DNA of 64,000 bases. Origin: an uncultured Chloroflexia bacterium (lineage in GTDB: Bacteria; Chloroflexota; Limnocylindria; Limnocylindrales; CSP1-4). The notes below the pieces were generated by a model, which was not told the origin of the DNA, did not search any database, and was given only the letters and a program-made list of their open reading frames with translations. Both the position numbers and the translations under genes were made by a program. The DNA is taken from the NCBI GenBank assembly GCA_963828165.1, contig CAWHDR010000001.1, positions 512,001-576,000 on the forward strand, read 5' to 3'. Below are positions 29,186-37,160 of this stretch, in pieces. The first letter of the stretch is position 1, and each line of letters starts with the position of its first letter.

Positions 29186-30766
29186 TCAGTCGACGATCGT
29201 GTGGCTCTGCTCCCGCAGGAACTGCGCGACGTAGTACATCGACAGGCCGGCTTTGCCGGTCGAGCCACTCCCCTTCCAGCCACCGAAGGCCTGGACGCCG
29301 GGCCACGCTCCCGTCGTCGCGCCGGCGCGCCGGTTGACGTAGACGGTGCCCGCCTGGATGCGGTCGAGGAACGTCTGCACCTCGGCCTCGTCCTCGGAGA
29401 AGATGCCCGCGGTGAGCCCGTAGATCGTGTCGTTGGCGAGGGTCAGCGCCTCGTCGAGCGTGTCGACCGCATGGACCGCGGTCAATGGCGCGAAGAACTC
29501 GTCGCGGAAGACGCGGTGGTCGGACGGCAGCCCGCCGACGACCGTCGGCTCGACGTAGAAGCCGCGCGACAGGTCACCGTCCGCGAGGTGCTCGCCACCG
29601 GTGAAGACCTGCCCGTCGCGACGCGCCTCGGAGACCGCCTTCTGGTGCCGATCGACCGCCTTCTGGTCGATGATCGGGCCGAGCCAGTTCGCCCGTTCGA
29701 GCGGGTCGCCGATGACGATCTGCTCGGTCTTTTCGACGAGCAGCTGGACGAGCTGGTCGTGGACCGGCCGCTCGACGTAGACGCGCGAGTTGGCCGAGCA
29801 CTTCTGGCCGCCGAAGCCGAAGGCCGACCGCATGATCCCCTCGGCCGCCTCGTCGAGGTCGGCGTGGCGCGACACGATGGCCGGGTTCTTGCCGCCCATC
29901 TCGACGATGCACGGCCGCGGCCAGTCCTTCGAGAAGGCGTGGAAGAGCTTCATCCCCACGTCGTACGACCCGGTGAAGACGATGCCGTCGATGCCCGCGT
30001 GGTCCTGGAGGTGCTGCCCGACCAATTCGCCCGGGCCCATGACCAGGTTCACGACGCCCTTCGGAACGCCAGCATCGATGTAGGCCTGGAGCATGTTCTG
30101 CGCCGATAGCGGCGAGGCGGTCGCCGGCTTGATGACGACCGTGTTGCCCGCCATCATCGCCGCGCTCGACGGCCCGGTGGCGAGCGCCATCGGGAAGTTG
30201 AACGGCGACACGACCGCGAACACGCCGTGCGGACGGAGGATCGACTTGGTGTGGACGGCCATGTCACCCAGGTTGTCCATCGGGTGGTCGTAGCCGCCGT
30301 TGTCCTCCATCGTCTGGGCGTAGTAGCGGATCAAGTCGGCCGATTCCTCGACCTCCCCGAGCGCTTCGATCCGGTTCTTGCCGACCTCGATGGCCATCGC
30401 CGCCGAGTAGTCCATGAGCCGGTCGCTGATGAGCTCCGCTGCGCGGCGCAGGATCGTCAGGCGCTCCTGCCAGGGCGTCGCGGCCCACGCGGGCTGGGCC
30501 CCCCGGGCGGCAGCGACCGCGTCGTCGATGTCGGCCGTCGTGCCCTTCGCGAACGTGCCAAGCACGAGGTCGCGGTCGATCGGCGAGCGGACGTCGAAAT
30601 CGTCGTCGGCGTCGCGCCACTCGCCGGCGACGTAGTTGCGGTGGTGGCCACCGAGCCCGGCCTTGACGCGGGTCACGGCCTCCTCGAACCCGCTGTGCAT
30701 CTCCTCGTTGTCGGCGCGCAGGGTCGCGTACGTGATCTTGATGCGCGGCTTGGCCTCGGACGTCAT
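29186..30766 (-). CDS. aldehyde dehydrogenase (P5C dehydrogenase-like)
   Basis: ATG 30766; SPFNFP, FTGS, EMGGKN, FGFGGQKCSA, DEFFAP, TGAWPGVQAFGGWKGSG. Confidence 0.92.
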   Translation of the reverse strand: MTSEAKPRIKITYATLRADNEEMHSGFEEAVTRVKAGLGGHHRNYVAGEWRDADDDFDVRSPIDRDLVLGTFAKGTTADIDDAVAAARGAQPAWAATPWQERLTILRRAAELISDRLMDYSAAMAIEVGKNRIEALGEVEESADLIRYYAQTMEDNGGYDHPMDNLGDMAVHTKSILRPHGVFAVVSPFNFPMALATGPSSAAMMAGNTVVIKPATASPLSAQNMLQAYIDAGVPKGVVNLVMGPGELVGQHLQDHAGIDGIVFTGSYDVGMKLFHAFSKDWPRPCIVEMGGKNPAIVSRHADLDEAAEGIMRSAFGFGGQKCSANSRVYVERPVHDQLVQLLVEKTEQIVIGDPLERANWLGPIIDQKAVDRHQKAVSEARRDGQVFTGGEHLADGDLSRGFYVEPTVVGGLPSDHRVFRDEFFAPLTAVHAVDTLDEALTLANDTIYGLTAGIFSEDEAEVQTFLDRIQAGTVYVNRRAGATTGAWPGVQAFGGWKGSGSTGKAGLSMYYVAQFLREQSHTIVD

Positions 30767-30825
30767 GGTCGATGGATCCTCGTGTCGGGTGTCACTCGCG
30801 CGCACGGCGCGACGGGATGGTGCGG

Positions 30826-31713
30826 TCAGTCTACGTCGAGCGACAGTGCGCCGACGACGGCGGCAAGGTCGTTCGCGACCGCGTCCGGCTGCCGGCCGCC
30901 GCGCTCCCTGGCGGCGATCTCGATGTCTCCGGTGCCGTGCTTGCCGGACAGGACGAAGATGCCGCGCATTCCGGCTCGTTGCCCGGCCCGGACGTCGCTG
31001 CGGATGTCGTCGCCGACCATCGCGATGTCGGCACGGGCGAGGTCGCGACCCACCTCTCGGCGAAGGTCGGTGATCGCCACGGAGAAGAACTCGGGGTGGG
31101 GCTTGCCGATGATGCGGGCGCGGCTCTCGGTCGCGAACTCGAGGCCGGCGACGAACGCGCCGGAGTCGAGCGTCGGTCCTTCGGGCGTCAGCCACCATGG
31201 GTTCTGGTGCATGCCGACCAGGACCGCGCCGTTGCGCACGAGTCGGAAGGCGCGGTTCATGTTGTCGAAGGTCACTTCCTCCGGCAAATCGCCGATGACC
31301 ACGGCGGCCGCCGAAGCCCCGCGCGTGCCGGCTTCCGCATGCGTGAGCAGCCGCTGGCCGGCGAACTCGCTCTGGGCGTCCTCCGACGCGAGCACGTAGA
31401 GGGGCGCCCCCGGGAAATGCCGCGCCGTCCATGCCGCTGACGCCGAGAGCGCCGACTGGAACCGCGATGCGGGGATCGGCGCGCCGATCTTGCCCGACCA
31501 GCGCGCGAGGGTAGCCCGGCTGACGGCCGAGGTATTCGTCACGATCCGATACGGGAAGCGGCGGTCCTCGAGCGTCGCGATCGCCTCGGGCGAGCCGGGA
31601 ACCGCCCGTTCCGCCACCACGATGACGCCGTCGAGGTCGAGCAGGAGCGCGCGCGTGCCCCGGAGGGCGTTGCGCAGCCCGACCGCCGAGAGCGTCGCCT
31701 TGAGGGTCGTCAT
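30826..31713 (-). CDS. HAD-IIA family hydrolase
   Basis: DLDGV, VTN, GKP, MVGDDIRSDV, SGK. Confidence 0.9.
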   Translation of the reverse strand: MTTLKATLSAVGLRNALRGTRALLLDLDGVIVVAERAVPGSPEAIATLEDRRFPYRIVTNTSAVSRATLARWSGKIGAPIPASRFQSALSASAAWTARHFPGAPLYVLASEDAQSEFAGQRLLTHAEAGTRGASAAAVVIGDLPEEVTFDNMNRAFRLVRNGAVLVGMHQNPWWLTPEGPTLDSGAFVAGLEFATESRARIIGKPHPEFFSVAITDLRREVGRDLARADIAMVGDDIRSDVRAGQRAGMRGIFVLSGKHGTGDIEIAARERGGRQPDAVANDLAAVVGALSLDVD

Positions 31714-31759
31714 CGGCGAAGCGTACCGACTATGCTCGGGCCGCGAAGCGGAGGACGAG

Positions 31760-32539
31760 ATGGGCCTGCTCGACGGCAAGAACGCGCTGATCTTCGGGGT
31801 CGCGAACGACCACTCGATCGCCTGGGGCATCGCGCGGGCGCTTCACGACGAGGGCGCCGAGGTGGGCTTCTCGTCGATCGAGAGCCTGATCGAGAAGCGC
31901 GTCCGGCCGCTGGCGACGTCGATCGGATCGACGTTCGTGGAGGCCGCCGATGTGCAGTCCGACGAGGACATCGCGCGCGTATTCGAGCGCTGGGGGGAGC
32001 GCCACGATCACCTGGACGTGCTCGTTCACGCGCTCGCCTTCGCCAAGCGCGAAGACCTGGCCGGCGGCTTCGTCGACACGTCCCGAGACGGCTTCGCGCT
32101 TGCGCTGGACGTCTCGGCCTACTCGCTCGTCGCGCTGACGCGGGCGGCCAGGCCCTACCTGCGCAGCGGTTCATCCGTGCTGACGCTGACCTATCACGGC
32201 TCGGAGAAGGTCGTCGCGAGCTACAACGTGATGGGAGTCGCGAAGGCCGCGCTGGAGGCTTCGGTCCGGTATCTCGCCGCGGATCTCGGGCCCGAGGGCA
32301 TCCGGGTCAACGCGATCAGCGCGGGCCCGGTCCGCACGCTGGCGGCCAGTGGGATCGCAGGGTTCCGGAAGATGTACGGCTCCTTCGCGGAAGTTGCGCC
32401 GTTGCGCAAGAACATCACCCCCGAGGACGTCGGCAAGAGCGCGGTCTACCTCGCCTCCGACCTGTCGACCGCGGTGACCGGCGAGATCCACTACGTCGAT
32501 GGCGGCTTCAACATCGTGGGCGTGCCGACAGGCGACTGA
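31760..32539 (+). CDS. fabI: enoyl-ACP reductase FabI
   Basis: GVANDHSIAWGIA, SAYSL, YNVMGVAKAALE, VNAISAGPVRTLAA. Confidence 0.96.
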   Translation: MGLLDGKNALIFGVANDHSIAWGIARALHDEGAEVGFSSIESLIEKRVRPLATSIGSTFVEAADVQSDEDIARVFERWGERHDHLDVLVHALAFAKREDLAGGFVDTSRDGFALALDVSAYSLVALTRAARPYLRSGSSVLTLTYHGSEKVVASYNVMGVAKAALEASVRYLAADLGPEGIRVNAISAGPVRTLAASGIAGFRKMYGSFAEVAPLRKNITPEDVGKSAVYLASDLSTAVTGEIHYVDGGFNIVGVPTGD

Positions 32540-32591
32540 CCGGAGTGGGCGAGTCGCCACCGCCGCCGGCGCCGCGAACGGATGCCCAACT

Positions 32592-32760
32592 ATCGCTGTC
32601 AGCGATCGTCACCAGGGCCGGGGCCCGCCCGGTCGGCCGAATGCCCTCGAATCGGTTGCAGACATCGCCACCAGCGATATCTGCGCCTGTTTCTGCAACG
32701 TTTGTGCGGCCGGGGGGTGCTTTCGGGACCTGGCCGGAGCTTTGCATCGCCTGTGGCGAT
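32592..32760. repeat. three ATCGC-N5-GCGAT palindromes (REP-like cluster)
   Basis: Copies at 32592-32606, 32664-32678 and 32746-32760 between convergent fabI and fur; copies 2 and 3 share extended GCAGAYATCGCCAC arms in inverted orientation. Confidence 0.6.
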
Positions 32761-32782
32761 ATCTGCGGTCGGGAGGGGGAGG

Positions 32783-33295
32783 TCAGGCTGGGTTCCCGTT
32801 CCCGATCGGGGCATCAAGTACGGACTGACAAGCGGCGCACCGCCCGATCATCGTCAGGTGCGAGACGTTGACGGCGAAGCCGCGCTGCGCAGCAAATGCG
32901 TCGACCGCCGCCAGGACGGCCGGGTCGTCGGCGGCGAGCTCCCATTGGTCGCCGCAGCGCTGGCAATAGAGGTGACCGTGCTCGGTCTCCGGCAGGACGT
33001 GGAACTCCTCGCGGCCGTCCGCCCCGTGGCTGTGACTGAGGACGCCAAGCTCCTCGAGCACGTCCAGCGTTCGGTAGACGGTCGAGGGGATCGTCCCCGG
33101 GTCCAGCTCGCGGCAGCGCTCGACCAGCTCCACGCCGGTGACGTGCCCGTCGGTTCGTGACAGGACCTCGACGAGGATCCGGCGCTGGGGCGTCCAGCGC
33201 AATCCCCGGGCACGGAGCCGATCCGGGATGCCGGACCAGGTCGCGGACGACCCCGTACCGCCTCCCGGACGCGCGATCGATCCGCGGGCGTTCAT
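32783..33295 (-). CDS. Fur-family metalloregulator (possibly Nur-like)
   Basis: GLRWTPQRRILV, STVYRTLDVL, HGHLYCQRCG, GRCAAC. Confidence 0.92.
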   Translation of the reverse strand: MNARGSIARPGGGTGSSATWSGIPDRLRARGLRWTPQRRILVEVLSRTDGHVTGVELVERCRELDPGTIPSTVYRTLDVLEELGVLSHSHGADGREEFHVLPETEHGHLYCQRCGDQWELAADDPAVLAAVDAFAAQRGFAVNVSHLTMIGRCAACQSVLDAPIGNGNPA

Positions 33296-33316
33296 CGCGC
33301 GAAGTATAGGTCGAGC

Positions 33317-33346
33317 GCAACCGCATGCAGATGCAACCGGTTGCGA
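33317..33346. promoter_or_regulatory. candidate Fur/Nur operator
   Basis: Perfect GCAACCGGTTGC at 33333-33344 plus degenerate GCAACCGCATGC at 33317-33328, between the divergent regulator and permease. Confidence 0.55.
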
Positions 33347-33398
33347 TAACTGCTCGGGCTCGGCTAGCATTCGGGCTTCACCGAGGCGAAAGGGACCG

Positions 33399-34390
33399 AT
33401 GCTCGACTTCATCGCACAGATCGACGCCAGCCCCGCCGGGGTCGGCGTGCTCGTCACCGGTCTGCTGCTTGGCATCCGCCACGGCATCGATTGGGACCAC
33501 ATCGCGGCGATCACGGACATCACGAGCACGACGGCCGCCGCCAGCGCCGGTGTGGCGGCTCACGCCCGAGACCACCTCGGTCCGACGGGACATCAGCACG
33601 GCCACGGCGGCTCGGCAGAGATGGCGGCCCACGGGGCTCCCCGGACGCCGCTCCCCCGCCCGCGGCGGGCGGGCGGGGCGGTGCCGGCGGTGCCGGCGTC
33701 GGGAGCGCCGCGATCGGTCAACGGCGGATCGGTCCGGAACAGGTCGAGGCGATCCGCCTCGGGACGCTGTACGCGGTCGGTCACGCCCTCGTCGTCATCG
33801 CCCTCGGCATCGCGGCGCTCGCCTTCGGGGCGCTGCTTCCGGATTGGCTGGATCCGATCATGGGCCGCGTCGTCGGGCTCACGCTGGTGGTCCTCGGGGT
33901 GTGGGTCCTGTATTCGGTCTTCCGCTACGCAACGACGGGTGAAGCATTCCGCCTGCGCAGCCGCTGGATGCTCGTCTTCGATGGCGCCAGGTACGCGTGG
34001 CGCCGTCTCCAGGCTCGCCTGCACGGCCACGAGCATGTGGAGCCGCTCGAGATGAGCTCGTACGGCACCCGTACCGCGCTCGGGGTCGGGATGATCCACG
34101 GCATCGGCGCCGAGACCGGGACGCAGGTCCTGCTGATCGCGGCGGTGGGGGGCGCGGCCAGCGCCGGGCTGGGCGTGCAGATGCTGCTGGCGTTCGTGCT
34201 CGGCCTGTTGATCTCCAACTTCGCGATCGTGGTGGTGAGCTCGGTCGGGTTCGTCGCGAGCCAGAAGCGCGAGATGATCTACGTGGCCGTGGGCGCCGTC
34301 GCCGGCGTGTTCAGCCTGGTCATCGGGATGATCTTCCTGTTCGGCCTCGACGAGGTACTGCCGGACCTGGAGTCCATGCTGCCCTTCTAG
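33399..34390 (+). CDS. NiCoT (HoxN/NixA/RcnA-like) Ni/Co permease, one frameshift near 33640-33690
   Basis: LGIRHGIDWDHIAAI signature and His-rich loop; downstream frame gives YAVGH and GMIHGIGAETGTQ. Confidence 0.8.
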
Positions 34391-34410
34391 CCGCGGCGTA
34401 GCATCGGCGC

Positions 34411-36060
34411 GTGCTCCCGGACGCGATCCGTTTCCATCTGCCCAGACTGTCCGGCGCTCGGGATCTCGGACCCCGACGCCTGGCGATCCGGCTGCTCGCG
34501 ATCACCCTGCTGCCGCTGGCGACGTTGCTCATCGCGCTGGTCGAAGGCCCTCCGCTCGAGATCGCGGATGCGTCGCCGCTCTATCTCATCGCCGTCGTCG
34601 GCATCGCCGTCGTCTTCGGGACGGGCGCGTCCGTCGTGGCCGCGCTTGCGTCGTTCCTGCTGTACGACGCCCTCTTCGTCGAACCGCGGTTCACGCTCGC
34701 CGTGGACGATCCCGAGGAGTGGCTGAACCTGCTCCTGCTGCTGTTCGTCGGCATCGTCATCGGCCGCCTGGCGGCTCTCCAGGCCGAACGGGCGGACGAC
34801 GCGACGCGGCGCGCCGCCGAATCTCGCGCGCTCTTCCGCATCAGCCGAACGCTCGCCACGGCGACGAGCGTGACCGACGCGCTGCCGGTCATCGTCGAAG
34901 ACCTCCTGACCGAGACGCGGATGGAACGAATCTGGCTCGCTCGGAGCGAGGGCGGTCGTGAGGTCGTGGTCGCCGACTCTGGCCGCGGTCCGCTGCCATC
35001 CCATCGGATCCACGTCTCCCTCACCCGAACGCCCGGTGATCTGCCGATGCGTTGGGTCCAGGAGCATCGTCCGCAGGACCGTCCGCGCAGCAGCCCGCCG
35101 GATCCCGGCGTCGGCCTGTACCGGATCGTCATCGCTGCCGGCGAGGAGCCGGTCGGTTCGATCTGGGCGACACGGGCCCGGGCGGAGGGCCACCCCGATG
35201 CCGAGGAGACACGGGTGTTGAGCCTCGCCGCCGATCAGGTCGGGTTGGCGTTCCGCCGCGAGCGCCTGATCGAGCAGGCGAACGCGGCTGAGATCGCTCG
35301 CCAGAGTGAAGCGCTCAAGGGGGCGTTGCTCGATTCCGTCTCGCACGGATTCCGCACGCCACTGGCCAGCATCCGCGCCGCGGCGGGAAGCCTCCTCGAT
35401 CCGGAGGTGGCGTGGACCGACGAGCAACGACGTGCCGCCGCCCGCACGATCGACGCAGAAGCCCAACGCCTCAACATCCTGGTTCGAAACCTGCTCGACA
35501 TGAGCCGGATCGAGGCGGGAGAGCTCCGTCCCAGCCTCGAGGCGCTCGACGCGGAGGGCCTCATCACCCCGGTCGTGGAGCGGGTCTCGCGCGCGCTCGA
35601 TCAGGCCCCAGTCCAGATCTTGTTCGGTCCCGATCTCCCGCCGATCCGCGCCGATCCGAGCCTCTTCGACGAGGTGCTCGCGAACCTGCTGGAGAACGCG
35701 GCCCGCTACGCTCCCGAAGCCGTGACCCGCGTGAGCGTGGATGCCTGCCCGGACGGCCGAGTCCGGGTCCGGGTTGAAGACGCCGGTCGCGGAGTTCCTG
35801 CAGCTTCGCTCCCGCACCTGTTCGACAAGTTCTACCGCGTGCCGCGACACGGCGAGGGCGCACGGCGTGGGCTCGGGATCGGGCTCGGGGTCGTGAAAGG
35901 CCTCACCTTGGCCATGGGCGGGGAGGTCACCGCGAGTGCCAGCCCGCTCGGCGGGCTCGCGGTGGACGCCTTCTTCCACGCGGCGCCAGAGCCGCCGCTC
36001 GAGATCGGTGGGGAGGCCGATGTCGGCGACGCTGCCGAGCCAGGCGTGGCGGCACCGTGA
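34411..36060 (+). CDS. kdpD: KdpD-like sensor histidine kinase (DUF4118-GAF-HisKA-HATPase)
   Basis: 4-TM with FVEPRFTLAV; ALLDSVSHGFRTPL, NLLDMSRIEAG, NLLENA, LFDKFYR, GLG; lacks the N-terminal KdpD/USP domains. Confidence 0.85.
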   Translation: MLPDAIRFHLPRLSGARDLGPRRLAIRLLAITLLPLATLLIALVEGPPLEIADASPLYLIAVVGIAVVFGTGASVVAALASFLLYDALFVEPRFTLAVDDPEEWLNLLLLLFVGIVIGRLAALQAERADDATRRAAESRALFRISRTLATATSVTDALPVIVEDLLTETRMERIWLARSEGGREVVVADSGRGPLPSHRIHVSLTRTPGDLPMRWVQEHRPQDRPRSSPPDPGVGLYRIVIAAGEEPVGSIWATRARAEGHPDAEETRVLSLAADQVGLAFRRERLIEQANAAEIARQSEALKGALLDSVSHGFRTPLASIRAAAGSLLDPEVAWTDEQRRAAARTIDAEAQRLNILVRNLLDMSRIEAGELRPSLEALDAEGLITPVVERVSRALDQAPVQILFGPDLPPIRADPSLFDEVLANLLENAARYAPEAVTRVSVDACPDGRVRVRVEDAGRGVPAASLPHLFDKFYRVPRHGEGARRGLGIGLGVVKGLTLAMGGEVTASASPLGGLAVDAFFHAAPEPPLEIGGEADVGDAAEPGVAAP

Positions 36061-36770
36061 CCGCGGACGTCGAGCGAGGCCCCCACATCCTGCTCGTCGA
36101 GGATGACGACTCCACACGGGCACTGGTCGCGGCGAACCTCGAGGCGCACGGCTACGGGGTTCGGACGGCGAGTACCGCGGACGACGCGGTGCGGTCGTGG
36201 GACGCCCAGCGACCGGACCTTGTCGTCCTCGACTTGGGCCTGCCAGACGCCGACGGGATGACCGTCATCCGCCGGGTCCGACGCGACGCCACGACACCGA
36301 TCCTCATCCTCTCGGCCCGGGACGAGGAACCCGACAAGGTCGCGGCGCTGGAGCTGGGCGCCGACGACTACGTCACGAAGCCGTTCGGGCTCGATGAGCT
36401 GCGAGCGCGCGTCGCCGCGTTGCTGCGTCGGGCGGCCGGACCGGCGGCCGACGCGACCGGATCGATCACGCTGGGCGCGCTCGTGCTCGATGTGACGCGA
36501 CGCGACGTTCGGCTGGGTGACGTGCCGCTGGACTTGACCCCGCGCGAATACGAGTTGCTCAAGGTCCTGATGGCCCAACCAGGCCGGTTGGTGACCCGCG
36601 GGGCGCTCCTGCGCGCGGTGTGGGGACGCCAGTACGTCGAGGAGGACCACTACCTCCACGTCTATGTCAGCCGCCTGCGGCGCAAGCTCGCGGGGGCCGA
36701 CCCGACCGGCACGATGCACGATCTCATCACTGCCGAACCCGGGGTCGGGTACCGGATCCGGGAGCCCTGA
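36057..36770 (+). CDS. kdpE: KdpE-like OmpR-family response regulator
   Basis: LVVLDLGLPD, GADDYVTKPF, HYLHVYVSRLRRKL, EPGVGYR. Confidence 0.9.
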   Translation: MTADVERGPHILLVEDDDSTRALVAANLEAHGYGVRTASTADDAVRSWDAQRPDLVVLDLGLPDADGMTVIRRVRRDATTPILILSARDEEPDKVAALELGADDYVTKPFGLDELRARVAALLRRAAGPAADATGSITLGALVLDVTRRDVRLGDVPLDLTPREYELLKVLMAQPGRLVTRGALLRAVWGRQYVEEDHYLHVYVSRLRRKLAGADPTGTMHDLITAEPGVGYRIREP

Positions 36771-36787
36771 GGCGGTTTCGACGCGGC

Positions 36788-36806
36788 TTGTTGAGGGGTT
36801 GTTGAG
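36788..36806 (+). promoter_or_regulatory. OmpR/KdpE-type direct repeat
   Basis: TTGTTGAG-ggg-TTGTTGAG with 11-bp period, upstream of the 87-aa ORF and kimA-like gene. Confidence 0.55.
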
Positions 36807-36863
36807 CGGCGACACGACCAACCAACCCGGATCCCTCTTGGGAGCGCCGCGTACGTTCGAGAC

Positions 36864-37127
36864 ATGCATGAAGTCGAGGCGCGGACCTCGCCCGGTTCCC
36901 GGCCCGACCCGCTGGATGTCGCCCTCCGCGAGGTCGACGTCGCGATCGAGCTCGTCGTCACCGGCCTCGCGAGGGTCGTCCAGCTGACAGGTCTCGACGC
37001 GGCGGAGCGCGCCGCGGCGCCCGGGCTCGCCCAGGCCCAGGCGGCGGGTGTTCGCTTCGAGCTCCAACGATCCAACTCCGTCGCGGGCGCGGTCAGCCTG
37101 CGCATCGGGCCACGGACCGATGACTGA
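36864..37127 (+). CDS. small hypothetical protein (87 aa)
   Basis: Coding-like amphipathic sequence DVALREVDVAIELVVTGLARVVQLTGL filling the gap between kdpE and the transporter. Confidence 0.6.
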   Translation: MHEVEARTSPGSRPDPLDVALREVDVAIELVVTGLARVVQLTGLDAAERAAAPGLAQAQAAGVRFELQRSNSVAGAVSLRIGPRTDD

Positions 37128-37160
37128 GGCGTCGGCGCCCGGCTGTCGGGGAGCCCGCCG

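Noticed and set aside
36771-37160. c-di-AMP (ydaO) riboswitch upstream of the kimA-like gene
   Set aside because: Conserved riboswitch elements not recognised; the region is occupied by a plausible ORF.
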